A stretch of 64,000 bases of DNA from Candidatus Amphirhobacter sp. GTDB lineage: Bacteria; Pseudomonadota; Gammaproteobacteria; Tethybacterales; Tethybacteraceae. The number at the start of each line of letters is the position of its first letter. The first letter of the stretch is position 1. Location: NCBI GenBank assembly GCA_965222035.1, contig OZ244940.1, positions 1,775,852-1,839,851 of the forward strand, written 5' to 3'. Both the position numbers and the translations under genes were made by a program. Positions 17,952-26,755 of the stretch are shown here, piece by piece. The notes beneath the pieces are model-generated. The model was not told where the DNA came from. It searched no databases and worked only from the letters and a program-made list of their open reading frames with translations.

Positions 17952-19550
17952 ATGGTTGCCAAACGCAAACCTGTGGTGCTCGTAGCTGACCGGCTGTCAG
18001 ACGAGGGCCTTGCCTGCCTCAAGCAGAACGGCATCGATGCCCGGCTGGAGACCGGCTTGTCCGATGCCAAGCTCAAGGCGCGGCTCGCCAAGGTCGACGG
18101 CGTCGTCGTGCGCAGCGCGACCAAGCTGACGGCCAAGGTGCTGCCGGAGAAGTCGCAGCTGCGCGTCATCGGCCGCGCCGGCATCGGCGTCGACAACATC
18201 GATGTCGCCCGAGCGACCGAGCTCGGCCTCGTCGTGCTCAACACGCCGGACGCCAACGCGACCACCACCGCCGAGCTTGCGGTCGCGCACATCTTCGGCA
18301 TGGCGCGACACCTCGCCGCCGCCGACGCTTCAGTCCGCGAGGGCAAGTGGGACCGCTCCAAGTACACCGGCACCGAGATCTCCGGCAAGACGGTCGGCAT
18401 CGTCGGCTACGGCACCATCGGGCGCATTGTCGCCGCGCGCTGCCGCGGGCTGGCGCTGCAGGTCATGATCCATGATCCCTTCGTGCCCGACAACGTGGTG
18501 TCCGACGACGGCTACCAGCCGGCCAGTCTCAAGCAGCTGCTCGCCGCCAGCGATTTCGTGACCATCCACACGCCGGGCAGCAAGGAAACCATGGGACTGA
18601 TCGGGCGCAAGGAACTCGCCGCCATGAAAACGTCCGCCTATTTGATCCAGTGTGCGCGCGGCGGCATCGTCGATGAGGAAGCGCTCGCGCAGGCGCTGCG
18701 CAAGGGCGCCATCGCCGGGGCCGCCGTCGATGTGTTCACGACTGAGCCGCTGCCGGCGCAGCACCCGCTGCGGTCAGCGCCCAACATCGCCTTCACCCCG
18801 CACCTGGGCGCTTCGACCAAGGAGGCCCAGCGCGCGACCGGCCTGGCCATCGCCGAGCAGCTGGGTACGTACTTCCGCACCGGCGAGGCCATCAACGCCG
18901 TCAACCTGCCGCGGATTCCGGCCGACCAGCTGGCCGTAACCAAGCCCTATATCCCGCTGGCAAAGAACCTAGGGCAGCTGCTGGCCGCAACCTGCAAGAT
19001 GAGTCCCAAGCACCTGAAGCTCGAGTTGCTGGGCGAGGCCGCCGAGCTGTCGGCTAGCGTCGTTTTGGCCGAAGCGGTCGCTGGCTTGCTGGCCAACCGG
19101 CTGTCTTTCCCGCTCAACCAGGTCAACGCATTGGCGGTCGCTGAGCGCCAGGGCCTGCACTTGGAGACTGCTGCCAGCCACGCCAGCGCCGACTTCGCGA
19201 CCATGCTGAAGCTTAGCCTGCGCTGCGGGAGCAAGGAGGTTGCGGTGGCCGGGACCCTGCTGGGCGGCGACCAGCCGCGGCTGGCGTATTTCGACGGCAT
19301 CGAGCTGGAAGCGCCGCTGACCGGGTCGGTGCTGCTGACCACCCATCACGATCGCCCCGGCGTCATCGCGCAGGTAGCCGGGTACCTGGCTGAGAAGCGC
19401 ATCAACATCACTCACATGCACGTGGGCTCCGAGGGCAAGCGCGCTGCATCCTTCATCCGCCTGGCGAAGCCGCTGTCGGATCAGACCGTCGCGCGCATCG
19501 CCAAAGTGCCCAGCATCAAGTCGGTCGTCAGCATGGAATTCCCGTCGTGA
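17952..19550 (+). CDS. serA: D-3-phosphoglycerate dehydrogenase (long form with C-terminal ACT region)
   Basis: 2-hydroxyacid dehydrogenase motifs are present (GIVGYGTIGRIVA, CARGGIVDE, TPHLGAST), plus a ~200-aa C-terminal extension ending in an ACT-like segment. Confidence 0.85.
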   Translation: MVAKRKPVVLVADRLSDEGLACLKQNGIDARLETGLSDAKLKARLAKVDGVVVRSATKLTAKVLPEKSQLRVIGRAGIGVDNIDVARATELGLVVLNTPDANATTTAELAVAHIFGMARHLAAADASVREGKWDRSKYTGTEISGKTVGIVGYGTIGRIVAARCRGLALQVMIHDPFVPDNVVSDDGYQPASLKQLLAASDFVTIHTPGSKETMGLIGRKELAAMKTSAYLIQCARGGIVDEEALAQALRKGAIAGAAVDVFTTEPLPAQHPLRSAPNIAFTPHLGASTKEAQRATGLAIAEQLGTYFRTGEAINAVNLPRIPADQLAVTKPYIPLAKNLGQLLAATCKMSPKHLKLELLGEAAELSASVVLAEAVAGLLANRLSFPLNQVNALAVAERQGLHLETAASHASADFATMLKLSLRCGSKEVAVAGTLLGGDQPRLAYFDGIELEAPLTGSVLLTTHHDRPGVIAQVAGYLAEKRINITHMHVGSEGKRAASFIRLAKPLSDQTVARIAKVPSIKSVVSMEFPS

Positions 19551-20224
19551 CGCCGCAGCCGCAGCGCATCCAGGTCTTTCTCGATTTCGACAGCACGCTC
19601 ACTGCGCTCGAGGGCTACGACGAGCTCGCGCGCATGCGCGGGACCTACCGCCGGGTGAGCGCCCTGACCCGCCAGGCGATGGCCGGCCGCATGGATTTCC
19701 TCGCTTCGCTGCGGGAGCGTCTCGACTTGATCCGGCCGGACGCGTCCATGCTGGATGAGCTCGCGCGCCGTTATCGCGCGGCGGCGGTCGCGGGCGTGGC
19801 GGCCGGCATCAATAAACTAAGAGAGCAGGGCATGCGCCCGGTGATCGTCTCGGGCGGGCCGCAAGAGGCCATCTTGCCGTTCGCCGCTCGCATCGGCATT
19901 CCGGCGCGGGATGTACTGGCGGTGAGCATGCGCCTGGATGCGCGGGGCGCCTACCGGGGCTTCGACCGTCGCAGCGCGGTTTTGCGTCCCGGGGGCAAGG
20001 CGAGCGCCTGCCGCGCGCGGCTCAAGGCGCGCGATATCGGCGTGGTCGTGGGCGACGGCGCCAGCGACGCCGAGGCCAAGGATGCTGAGCTGCTGTTCAT
20101 TCAATACGCCGGAGTGGTCGATCGCAAGGAAGTACGGCCCCATGCGGACGCCGTGATCCGCGGCCGCAGCCTGCGCAATCTCGACCGCCACGTCCTGCGC
20201 GCGGTCAAGCAGCGCTATCATTAA
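19547..20224 (+). CDS. HAD-IB family hydrolase, phosphoserine phosphatase-like
   Basis: DxDxT motif FLDFDSTLT and the late GDGASD motif. Its GTG start overlaps the serA stop. Confidence 0.65.
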   Translation: MTPQPQRIQVFLDFDSTLTALEGYDELARMRGTYRRVSALTRQAMAGRMDFLASLRERLDLIRPDASMLDELARRYRAAAVAGVAAGINKLREQGMRPVIVSGGPQEAILPFAARIGIPARDVLAVSMRLDARGAYRGFDRRSAVLRPGGKASACRARLKARDIGVVVGDGASDAEAKDAELLFIQYAGVVDRKEVRPHADAVIRGRSLRNLDRHVLRAVKQRYH

Positions 20225-20259
20225 CCCGCCAGAACACTGCCCCGCGAGGAACACAAGCC

Positions 20260-21654
20260 ATGCCTACTAAGAAGAAGACGAGCAAGACGCGCACCATGCG
20301 CGATTCAATGGGACCAGTGGAAGTACCGCGCGGAGCCCTGTACGGACCCACGACCCAGCGGGCGGTGGAGAACTTCCCCATCTCGGGACAGGGCATGCCG
20401 GATGAGTTCATCACCGCGCTGGCGCTGGTCAAGTGCGCGGCCGCCGAGGCCAACGGCGCGCTCGGGCTGCTGCCCAAGGCCAAGGCCAAGGCGATCGCCC
20501 GTGCGGCGATCGATGTCTACAACGGCGAGCATCTCGACCAGTTCCCGGTCGACATCTACCAGACCGGCTCGGGCACCAGCACCAACATGAACATGAACGA
20601 GGTGCTCGCGACGCTGGCTAGTCGTGCGCTGGGCGCGGCGGTGTCCGCCAACGACGACGTCAACATGGGCCAAAGCAGCAACGACGTGATTCCGACCGCG
20701 ATCCATGTGTCCGCGGCGCTGGAGATCGATTATGAGCTGCTGCCGGCGCTGCGGCGCCTGGCGCGCGGGACCGCAACCAAGGGACGGCGGCTGCGCGACT
20801 GCGTCACCACCGGCCGCACCCACTTGATGGACGCCATGCCGGTCACCATGGAGCAGGAACTCGGCGGCTGGGCCGCGCAGCTGCGCGAGGCCCACGACCG
20901 GATCGAGCGCTCGGCGCTGGGGCTGCGCGAGCTCGCCCAGGGCGGGACCGCGGTGGGCACCGGCGTCAACACCCATCCGAGCTTTCCCAAGCACTGCGCG
21001 CGGCGGCTGAGCCATCACAGCGAGCTGCGCTTCAAGCCGAGCAAGAACTTCTTCGCGCGCATGGCCTCGCAGGACACGGCGGTGGAGGTCTCCGGCCAGC
21101 TGCGCGCCCTGGCGGCCTGCCTGACCAAGATCGCCAACGACCTGCGCTGGATGAATTCCGGCCCGCTGGCGGGCCTGGGCGAGATCCAGCTCAAGGCGCT
21201 GCAGCCCGGATCCTCGATCATGCCGGGCAAGGTCAATCCGGTGGTGCCCGAAGCCTGCGCCATGGTCTGCGCCCGGGTCGAGGGCAACGACTGCACCATC
21301 GCGGCGGCGGGCAAGTCGGGCAATTTCCAGCTCAACGTCATGCTGCCGGTGATCGGCGCGTCCCTGCTCGAGAGCATCAAGCTGCTGGCGCGCGCCATGC
21401 CGCTGATGCAGCAGGCGATCGCGGACTTCAAGCCGAACCGCCGCAAGATGCGGGAGGCCCTCAGCCTCAATCCGATCCTGGTGACGGCTCTCAACCCCCT
21501 GATCGGCTACCAGGCGGCGGCGAAAGTCGCCAAGGCGGCCTACCGCGAGCGCCGCCCGATTCTCGAGGTGGCCGAGCGCATGACGGGCCTGCCGCGGGCG
21601 CGGCTGGCCAAGCTGCTGGATCCCGCCCGGCTGGTCAAGGGCGGTCTCGGCTGA
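20260..21654 (+). CDS. fumC: Class II fumarate hydratase / aspartase-family lyase
   Basis: QTGSGTSTNMNMNEVLA, SSNDVIPTA, GRTHLMDAMP, GGTAVGTG and the signature GSSIMPGKVNP. Most segments look FumC-like. The KVNPVVPE segment is more AspA-like, so substrate assignment is tentative. Confidence 0.65.
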   Translation: MPTKKKTSKTRTMRDSMGPVEVPRGALYGPTTQRAVENFPISGQGMPDEFITALALVKCAAAEANGALGLLPKAKAKAIARAAIDVYNGEHLDQFPVDIYQTGSGTSTNMNMNEVLATLASRALGAAVSANDDVNMGQSSNDVIPTAIHVSAALEIDYELLPALRRLARGTATKGRRLRDCVTTGRTHLMDAMPVTMEQELGGWAAQLREAHDRIERSALGLRELAQGGTAVGTGVNTHPSFPKHCARRLSHHSELRFKPSKNFFARMASQDTAVEVSGQLRALAACLTKIANDLRWMNSGPLAGLGEIQLKALQPGSSIMPGKVNPVVPEACAMVCARVEGNDCTIAAAGKSGNFQLNVMLPVIGASLLESIKLLARAMPLMQQAIADFKPNRRKMREALSLNPILVTALNPLIGYQAAAKVAKAAYRERRPILEVAERMTGLPRARLAKLLDPARLVKGGLG

Positions 21655-21675
21655 GTTTGGGATAAAATAACTATC

Positions 21676-22026
21676 ATGCCAGGATACGACAAAGTCGGCA
21701 AGAAGACGCGAATCTGCGCGACCTGCGACAACTGGCGCTCCTATGACCGCCGGCCGGTCAACGACAACATCGACATCGAGTATGAGGTCTACCAGCGGGC
21801 CGAGTGCGCCGGCTCCATCAATCGGCAGCAGATGATGACGCCGCTGAGCAAGTGCAAGGAGTGGCGCATGTGGAAGAAGATGGAGGTCAAGCCGATGAGC
21901 GCGCGCAAAAAGGACGAAGAGCTCAATCTCAACCGCATCCGCAAGGCCAAGGAGTACTTGGCGGACAGCCACGGCGTCGAGATCAAAGGCCAGATTGCTG
22001 AAGAAGGCAAGAAGCAAGAGGGCTAG
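21676..22026 (+). CDS. Hypothetical small Cys-containing, Lys/Glu-rich protein
   Basis: 116-aa ORF with CATC...C...C and a charged C-terminal half. It fills the fumC-oxidoreductase gap. No family was recognised. Confidence 0.4.
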   Translation: MPGYDKVGKKTRICATCDNWRSYDRRPVNDNIDIEYEVYQRAECAGSINRQQMMTPLSKCKEWRMWKKMEVKPMSARKKDEELNLNRIRKAKEYLADSHGVEIKGQIAEEGKKQEG

Positions 22027-22073
22027 CCGCGCCGGCTAGCGCGGGCGCAAGCCTCCCTATACAGAACTAAGAC

Positions 22074-24080
22074 ATGCTGCGCTGGGGCATCATCGGGCCG
22101 GGCGCGATCGCGCGCTGCTACGCCGAGGGCCTGGCGCACGCCGACAACGCCGAGCTGATCGCGGTCGCAGGCCGCCGCGCTGAGAGCGCCGCGGCGTTCG
22201 CAGAGGAAATGGGCCTGGCAAAGCAGGACGCTCACGCCGCTCCAGCCGAGCTGCTGCGCCGCGACGACATCGACGCGGTCTACATCGCGACTCCGCATCC
22301 GGGACATGCGCAGCTATGCATCGATGCCCTGAACGCCGGCAAGCATGTCTTGTGCGAGAAGCCCCTGGCGCTCAACGCGGCCGAGGTGCGCTCGCTGCTG
22401 CATGCGGCGCGTACCAGCGGCAAGTTCTTCGCCGAGGGTTTCATGTACCTGTATCATCCCCAGATCAAGAAGGCGCTGGAGATCATCGCCGCGGGCACCA
22501 TCGGGGACATCGAGCACATCGAAGCGGCTTTCTGCTTCGACTCCGAATTCGACGCGTCCTCGCGCTTGTACGATCCGGAGCTCGCCGGCGGCGCAATCCT
22601 GGATGTGGGCTGCTACACCGTCTCGCTGGCTTGCTTGATGGCCGGCGCGGCGGCAGGCAAGCGCTTTGCTGAGCCGCAGCGGGTGGCCGGCGTCGCGACC
22701 AAGGCGCCGACCGGGGCGGACGCGCGCAGCTGCGCGCTGCTGGAGTTCGCGGGCGGCATCACCGCGGTGTGCAAGGCCGCGGTCACGGGCGAGAACAAGC
22801 GCTACGGCCGCATCTACGGGACCAAAGGAATCTTGGCGTTCGACAATCCCTGGGACGCGGGCGCGCGGAGCAAGCCGGCGAACGCTTTTTTCGAGGTGAC
22901 GGTAGCGGGCGAGACCAGCAGGGAAGAATGCTCCTATCCGCATATCTTGTTCGCGCTGGAGGCGCAGCAGGCCTCGGCCGCGATCCTGGCCGGCGAGGTC
23001 GAGGCGCCGGCGCCGGCGATGACCTGGGCCGGCAGCCTGGGCAACGCCGTCGCCCTGGATGCGTGGCGCCGCGAGGCCGGCTATGTCTTGCCGCACGAGC
23101 GCTTTCCGGCGGTCCCGCAGCTGCGCGGGGTGGTGCGCGACGTGCCCAAGATGCCGATGGTGGAGATCGAGGGCGCGGGCCGGCCCATGTCGCAGCTGGT
23201 GCTCGGCTGCGACAACCAGGAGCATGCGGCCGACGGCGCGGCGATCTGGGACGCATGGATGGAGGCCGGCGGGAACGCGTTCGACACTGCCTATGTATAC
23301 GGCGGCGGGCGCATGGAACAGCTGCTGGGCCAGTGGCTGCAAGCGCGGGGCGTGGCCGATGAGGCGGTGGTGATCGTCAAGGGCGCGCACACGCCGCACT
23401 GCGATCCAGCGTCGCTGCGGTCCCAGCTGATGGAATCGCTCGAGCGCCTGCAATTGCCGCGGGCGCCGATTTACGTCATGCATCGCGACAACCCGGCGAT
23501 CCCGGTCGGTGAGTTCATCGACTGCCTGCACGAGCTGGCGGACGAGGGGCTGCTGGGCGCATGCGGGGGCTCGAACTGGACCCTGGAACGCTTCCAGGAG
23601 GCCAACGCATGGGCCAAGGAGCACGGCAAGCGCGGCTTCGCCTTGCTGAACAACAACCTGTCCCTGGCGCGGATGATCAAGCCGGTCTGGGACGGTTGCC
23701 AGTCGGCCAACGACCCCGCCGCGCTCGCTTACCTGGCCGAGGCCGGCAAGGCCCATCTGTCGTGGTCGTCGCAAGCCCGCGGCTTTTTCCTTCCTGCTGA
23801 GACACGCGGAGAATTGCCGCCGGGTACCTCGCCGGACGAATGCTTCGGCGGGAAAGAGAATGAAGAGCGCCGTCGCCGCGCCGTCGAGCTCGCGCGCGAG
23901 CTGGGCGTCGCGGCCCACAACATCGCCGCCGCCTGGGTACTGCGGCAGCCGTTCACCTCGGTGGCGCTGATCGGCCCGCGTCAGCCTAGCGAGATCGTCT
24001 CGAGCATGCCGGCCCTGGAGCTCGAGCTCAGCGCGGCCCAGCTGGCCTGGTTGAATCTCGAGCGGGACAGTCCCGCTTAG
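22074..24080 (+). CDS. Two-domain oxidoreductase: N-terminal Gfo/Idh/MocA fused to C-terminal aldo/keto reductase
   Basis: The N-terminus has WGIIGPGAIA and CEKPLA (Gfo/Idh/MocA). From about aa 350 the sequence is AKR-like (GGNAFDTAYVYGGG, VIVKG, LLNNNLSLA). Confidence 0.75.
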   Translation: MLRWGIIGPGAIARCYAEGLAHADNAELIAVAGRRAESAAAFAEEMGLAKQDAHAAPAELLRRDDIDAVYIATPHPGHAQLCIDALNAGKHVLCEKPLALNAAEVRSLLHAARTSGKFFAEGFMYLYHPQIKKALEIIAAGTIGDIEHIEAAFCFDSEFDASSRLYDPELAGGAILDVGCYTVSLACLMAGAAAGKRFAEPQRVAGVATKAPTGADARSCALLEFAGGITAVCKAAVTGENKRYGRIYGTKGILAFDNPWDAGARSKPANAFFEVTVAGETSREECSYPHILFALEAQQASAAILAGEVEAPAPAMTWAGSLGNAVALDAWRREAGYVLPHERFPAVPQLRGVVRDVPKMPMVEIEGAGRPMSQLVLGCDNQEHAADGAAIWDAWMEAGGNAFDTAYVYGGGRMEQLLGQWLQARGVADEAVVIVKGAHTPHCDPASLRSQLMESLERLQLPRAPIYVMHRDNPAIPVGEFIDCLHELADEGLLGACGGSNWTLERFQEANAWAKEHGKRGFALLNNNLSLARMIKPVWDGCQSANDPAALAYLAEAGKAHLSWSSQARGFFLPAETRGELPPGTSPDECFGGKENEERRRRAVELARELGVAAHNIAAAWVLRQPFTSVALIGPRQPSEIVSSMPALELELSAAQLAWLNLERDSPA

Positions 24081-24083
24081 GGC

Positions 24084-24857
24084 CTAGCCCGACGAATAGG
24101 CGGCCCCGCCGTCGACCGGGACGATCTGCCCGGTCATCTTGCTCGAGGCCTGCGAGGCCATGAACAGCACCGGCCCGACCATATCGACCGGCGCCAGGTG
24201 GTCGGGCAGGCACTGTTTCTTGAGATGGGCCTCGCCCTTTTCCTTGCTATACCACTTATCCATCTGCCGCTCGGTCAGGACCCAGCCGGGCGCGAGGGCA
24301 TTGCAGCGGATGTTGTCCTTGCCGAACTCACCGGCCATGCTGCGGGTGAGGCCCATGATGGCGCAGTTCGCGGACGAATAGGCCGGGTACTCGTGATTGC
24401 CCAGCATGAAGCTGATCGAGGAGATGTTGACGATGGCGCCGCCGCCGAGCTTCTGCATGCCGGGGATGACGGCCTGGACCGCGAAGAAATAGGGCCGCAG
24501 GTTGATGGCGTGGTTGTTGTCCCAGTACTCGACGGTCACGTTCATGGTTGCGTGCCGGTCGTCGTTGGCGGCGTTGTTGACGAGCACGCCGGCCGGTCCG
24601 TGCTTGGCGGCGGCCTGCTTGACCGCGTCCCGCAGGGCGTCGATGTCGGTGATGTCGCACTGGATGTAGTGCGGCCGGTTGCCGTGCTCCTGCTCGAGGC
24701 GGTCGCAGAGCTCGCTGGCGTCGCTGCGCTGGACGAAGCTGACTTTGGCCCCTTGTTGGATGAACCCCTCGGTCAGGGCGGCGCCGATGCCCTTGCCGCC
24801 GCCGGTGATGAAAACCGCGGCGTCCTTGAGGTCGTGGAAGGTTGCGTGTTGCTCCAT
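24084..24857 (-). CDS. Short-chain dehydrogenase/reductase (SDR) family protein
   Basis: TGGGKGIG cofactor motif, NNAA, and the active-site region PAYSSANCAIMG. The start was chosen at MEQHATF; the ORF extends to 24893. Confidence 0.8.
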   Translation of the reverse strand: MEQHATFHDLKDAAVFITGGGKGIGAALTEGFIQQGAKVSFVQRSDASELCDRLEQEHGNRPHYIQCDITDIDALRDAVKQAAAKHGPAGVLVNNAANDDRHATMNVTVEYWDNNHAINLRPYFFAVQAVIPGMQKLGGGAIVNISSISFMLGNHEYPAYSSANCAIMGLTRSMAGEFGKDNIRCNALAPGWVLTERQMDKWYSKEKGEAHLKKQCLPDHLAPVDMVGPVLFMASQASSKMTGQIVPVDGGAAYSSG

Positions 24858-24905
24858 AGTGACGTTATTATAAGCGGGCGGGCCCGCTGGCAATTAAAAT
24901 AAGGC

Positions 24906-26279
24906 GTGATGAGCAGAGACCGTCCGCCCCTGTACGTCGCCATCCTGGCAGCGGGCAAGGGCAAGCGCATGGGCGCGCCGGTCTCCAAGGTGATGCTGCC
25001 GCTGTGCGGCAAGCCCATCTTGCAGCGCGTCATCGACGCCGCGGCCAAGCTCAAGCCGGCGAAGATCATCATCGTCGTCGGCGCCAATGAGAAAGAGATC
25101 CGCGGCCATGTGTCGGGCCCGCGCCTGGCCTTCGCGCGCCAGCCCCGGCTCGACGGCAATGCCGGGGCCATGAAAGCGGCGATGAAGCTGGTACCCGACC
25201 GCGCGCGGGTGGTAGGGCTGTTCGGCGACGGCGTGTTGACGACGGAGCAGATCGGCGCGCTGGCGGATGCGGTTGCCGACGACGCGGTCAGCATCCGGCT
25301 GCTGCGCACCGAGGACGCTTCGAGCTACAGCCGCTTTATCCGGGACCGGCACGGCAAGATCATCGACTTGATCACGCCGAAGTGCCTGACGCCGGCGCAG
25401 CGCATGATTACCGAGTGCGATGCCGGCGGCCAAGGTTTTCCCGCGGCCTGGGGGCGCCGGGAACTCACGCGCATCAAGCCGCATATGAAGGGCGGCGAGT
25501 TGTTCATGACGGATTTGATCCCAGCGGCGGTGCGGGATGGCATGCGGGTGGAGACGGTCGACGTCAGCGAGGAAGAGGGCGTGAATATCAACACGCCGGC
25601 CAGCCTGCTGCAGGCCGAGGCCCATCTATCTGCGCAGCTGGTCGCGGAGCTGCGCGCGCGTGGGGTGCTGATCGCGCAGCCAGCGAGCGTGCTCATACGC
25701 GGCGAGGTCCAAGCGGCGGCGGGATCCTTCATTGGCCCGAACGTGCTCCTTGCGGGCAAGGTGACGCTCAAGGCGGGCGCGATCATCAGCGCGAACTGCA
25801 TGGTCGAGGACTGCGTGCTGGACCCGGGCGCCCGGCTCGAGCCCTTCACCCATGCGGCGGGCGCGGTGCTCGGGCGTGATGCGATCGCAGGTCCATACGC
25901 ACGCCTGCGCGAGGGTACTGTACTTAAAGAAGGGGCGCAGATCGGCAATTACGTCGAGACCAAGGCCGCCGTGATTGGCAAGGGGTCTAAGGCCAAGCAC
26001 TTGGCCTATATCGGCGATGCGGTGATCGGCGACGGCGTCAACATCGGCGCGGGCGCGGTCTTTTGCAACTACGACGGCGTGCGCAAGCATAAAACCAAGG
26101 TGGGTAAGGGCGCCTTTATCGGCGCCGGTTGCATGCTGGTAGCGCCTCTGAGCATCGGCGCCGGGGCGCAGGTCGCGGCCGGAGCGGTGGTGGTACGCGA
26201 TGTGCCTGCGCGGACGTTGGTGCGGGGCCTGCCCGCGCACCGCGCCGCGCCCGCCCGGAAAATCAAGAAGAAGCGCTGA
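24906..26279 (+). CDS. glmU: Bifunctional UDP-N-acetylglucosamine pyrophosphorylase / glucosamine-1-phosphate N-acetyltransferase
   Basis: LAAGKGKRM nucleotidyltransferase motif. The C-terminal left-handed beta-helix hexapeptide repeats include IGDGVNIGAGAVFCNYDGVRKHKTKVG. Confidence 0.75.
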   Translation: MMSRDRPPLYVAILAAGKGKRMGAPVSKVMLPLCGKPILQRVIDAAAKLKPAKIIIVVGANEKEIRGHVSGPRLAFARQPRLDGNAGAMKAAMKLVPDRARVVGLFGDGVLTTEQIGALADAVADDAVSIRLLRTEDASSYSRFIRDRHGKIIDLITPKCLTPAQRMITECDAGGQGFPAAWGRRELTRIKPHMKGGELFMTDLIPAAVRDGMRVETVDVSEEEGVNINTPASLLQAEAHLSAQLVAELRARGVLIAQPASVLIRGEVQAAAGSFIGPNVLLAGKVTLKAGAIISANCMVEDCVLDPGARLEPFTHAAGAVLGRDAIAGPYARLREGTVLKEGAQIGNYVETKAAVIGKGSKAKHLAYIGDAVIGDGVNIGAGAVFCNYDGVRKHKTKVGKGAFIGAGCMLVAPLSIGAGAQVAAGAVVVRDVPARTLVRGLPAHRAAPARKIKKKR

Positions 26280-26752
26280 TGCCGGCAACGGTCGAGCAGG
26301 GCGATTATGACAATCCGCGCCATGCGCGGGCCTTGATTGAACTGACTCAGGCTTTCGCCGCCGAGCAGAACGATTCCGCCTCAGCGGACGGCGAGGACCT
26401 GCCGGAGCTGCTGAAGCTCGAGCAGCATGGCTTTTTCCTGCTAGCCCGCCAGGCGGAAGATTACCTGGGCCTGGCGATCTGCTTCCGACTGTTCTCGACC
26501 TTCCGCCGCCAGCCAATCATGTACATCCACGACTTGATTGTGGCGCCGGCCGGCCGGCGGCAGGGCATCGCCACGGCTTTGCTGCAGAGGATCGAGGAGA
26601 TCGCGCGCGAGCAGGGCTGCTGCAAGATAACCCTGGAGGTACTGGAGCGCAATGAAGGGGCGCAGTCGCTATACGCCAAGCTGGGTTATGGCGATGTGGT
26701 GTTGGATGAGAGTACCGGACGTACGTTGCACTGGGACAAGAAACTTATATGA
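26279..26752 (+). CDS. GNAT family N-acetyltransferase
   Basis: The ATG overlaps the glmU stop (TGATG). Motif A is LIVAPAGRRQGIATALL. The longer listed ORF from 26129 overlaps glmU and is not preferred. Confidence 0.75.
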   Translation: MPATVEQGDYDNPRHARALIELTQAFAAEQNDSASADGEDLPELLKLEQHGFFLLARQAEDYLGLAICFRLFSTFRRQPIMYIHDLIVAPAGRRQGIATALLQRIEEIAREQGCCKITLEVLERNEGAQSLYAKLGYGDVVLDESTGRTLHWDKKLI

Positions 26753-26755
26753 ATT

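Noticed and set aside
26129-26752. 207-aa ORF giving the GNAT protein a long N-terminal extension.
   Set aside because: The extension overlaps the 3' end of glmU in another frame and is Arg/Gly/Ala-rich junk. A start at 26279, overlapping the glmU stop (TGATG), gives a normal 157-aa GNAT.
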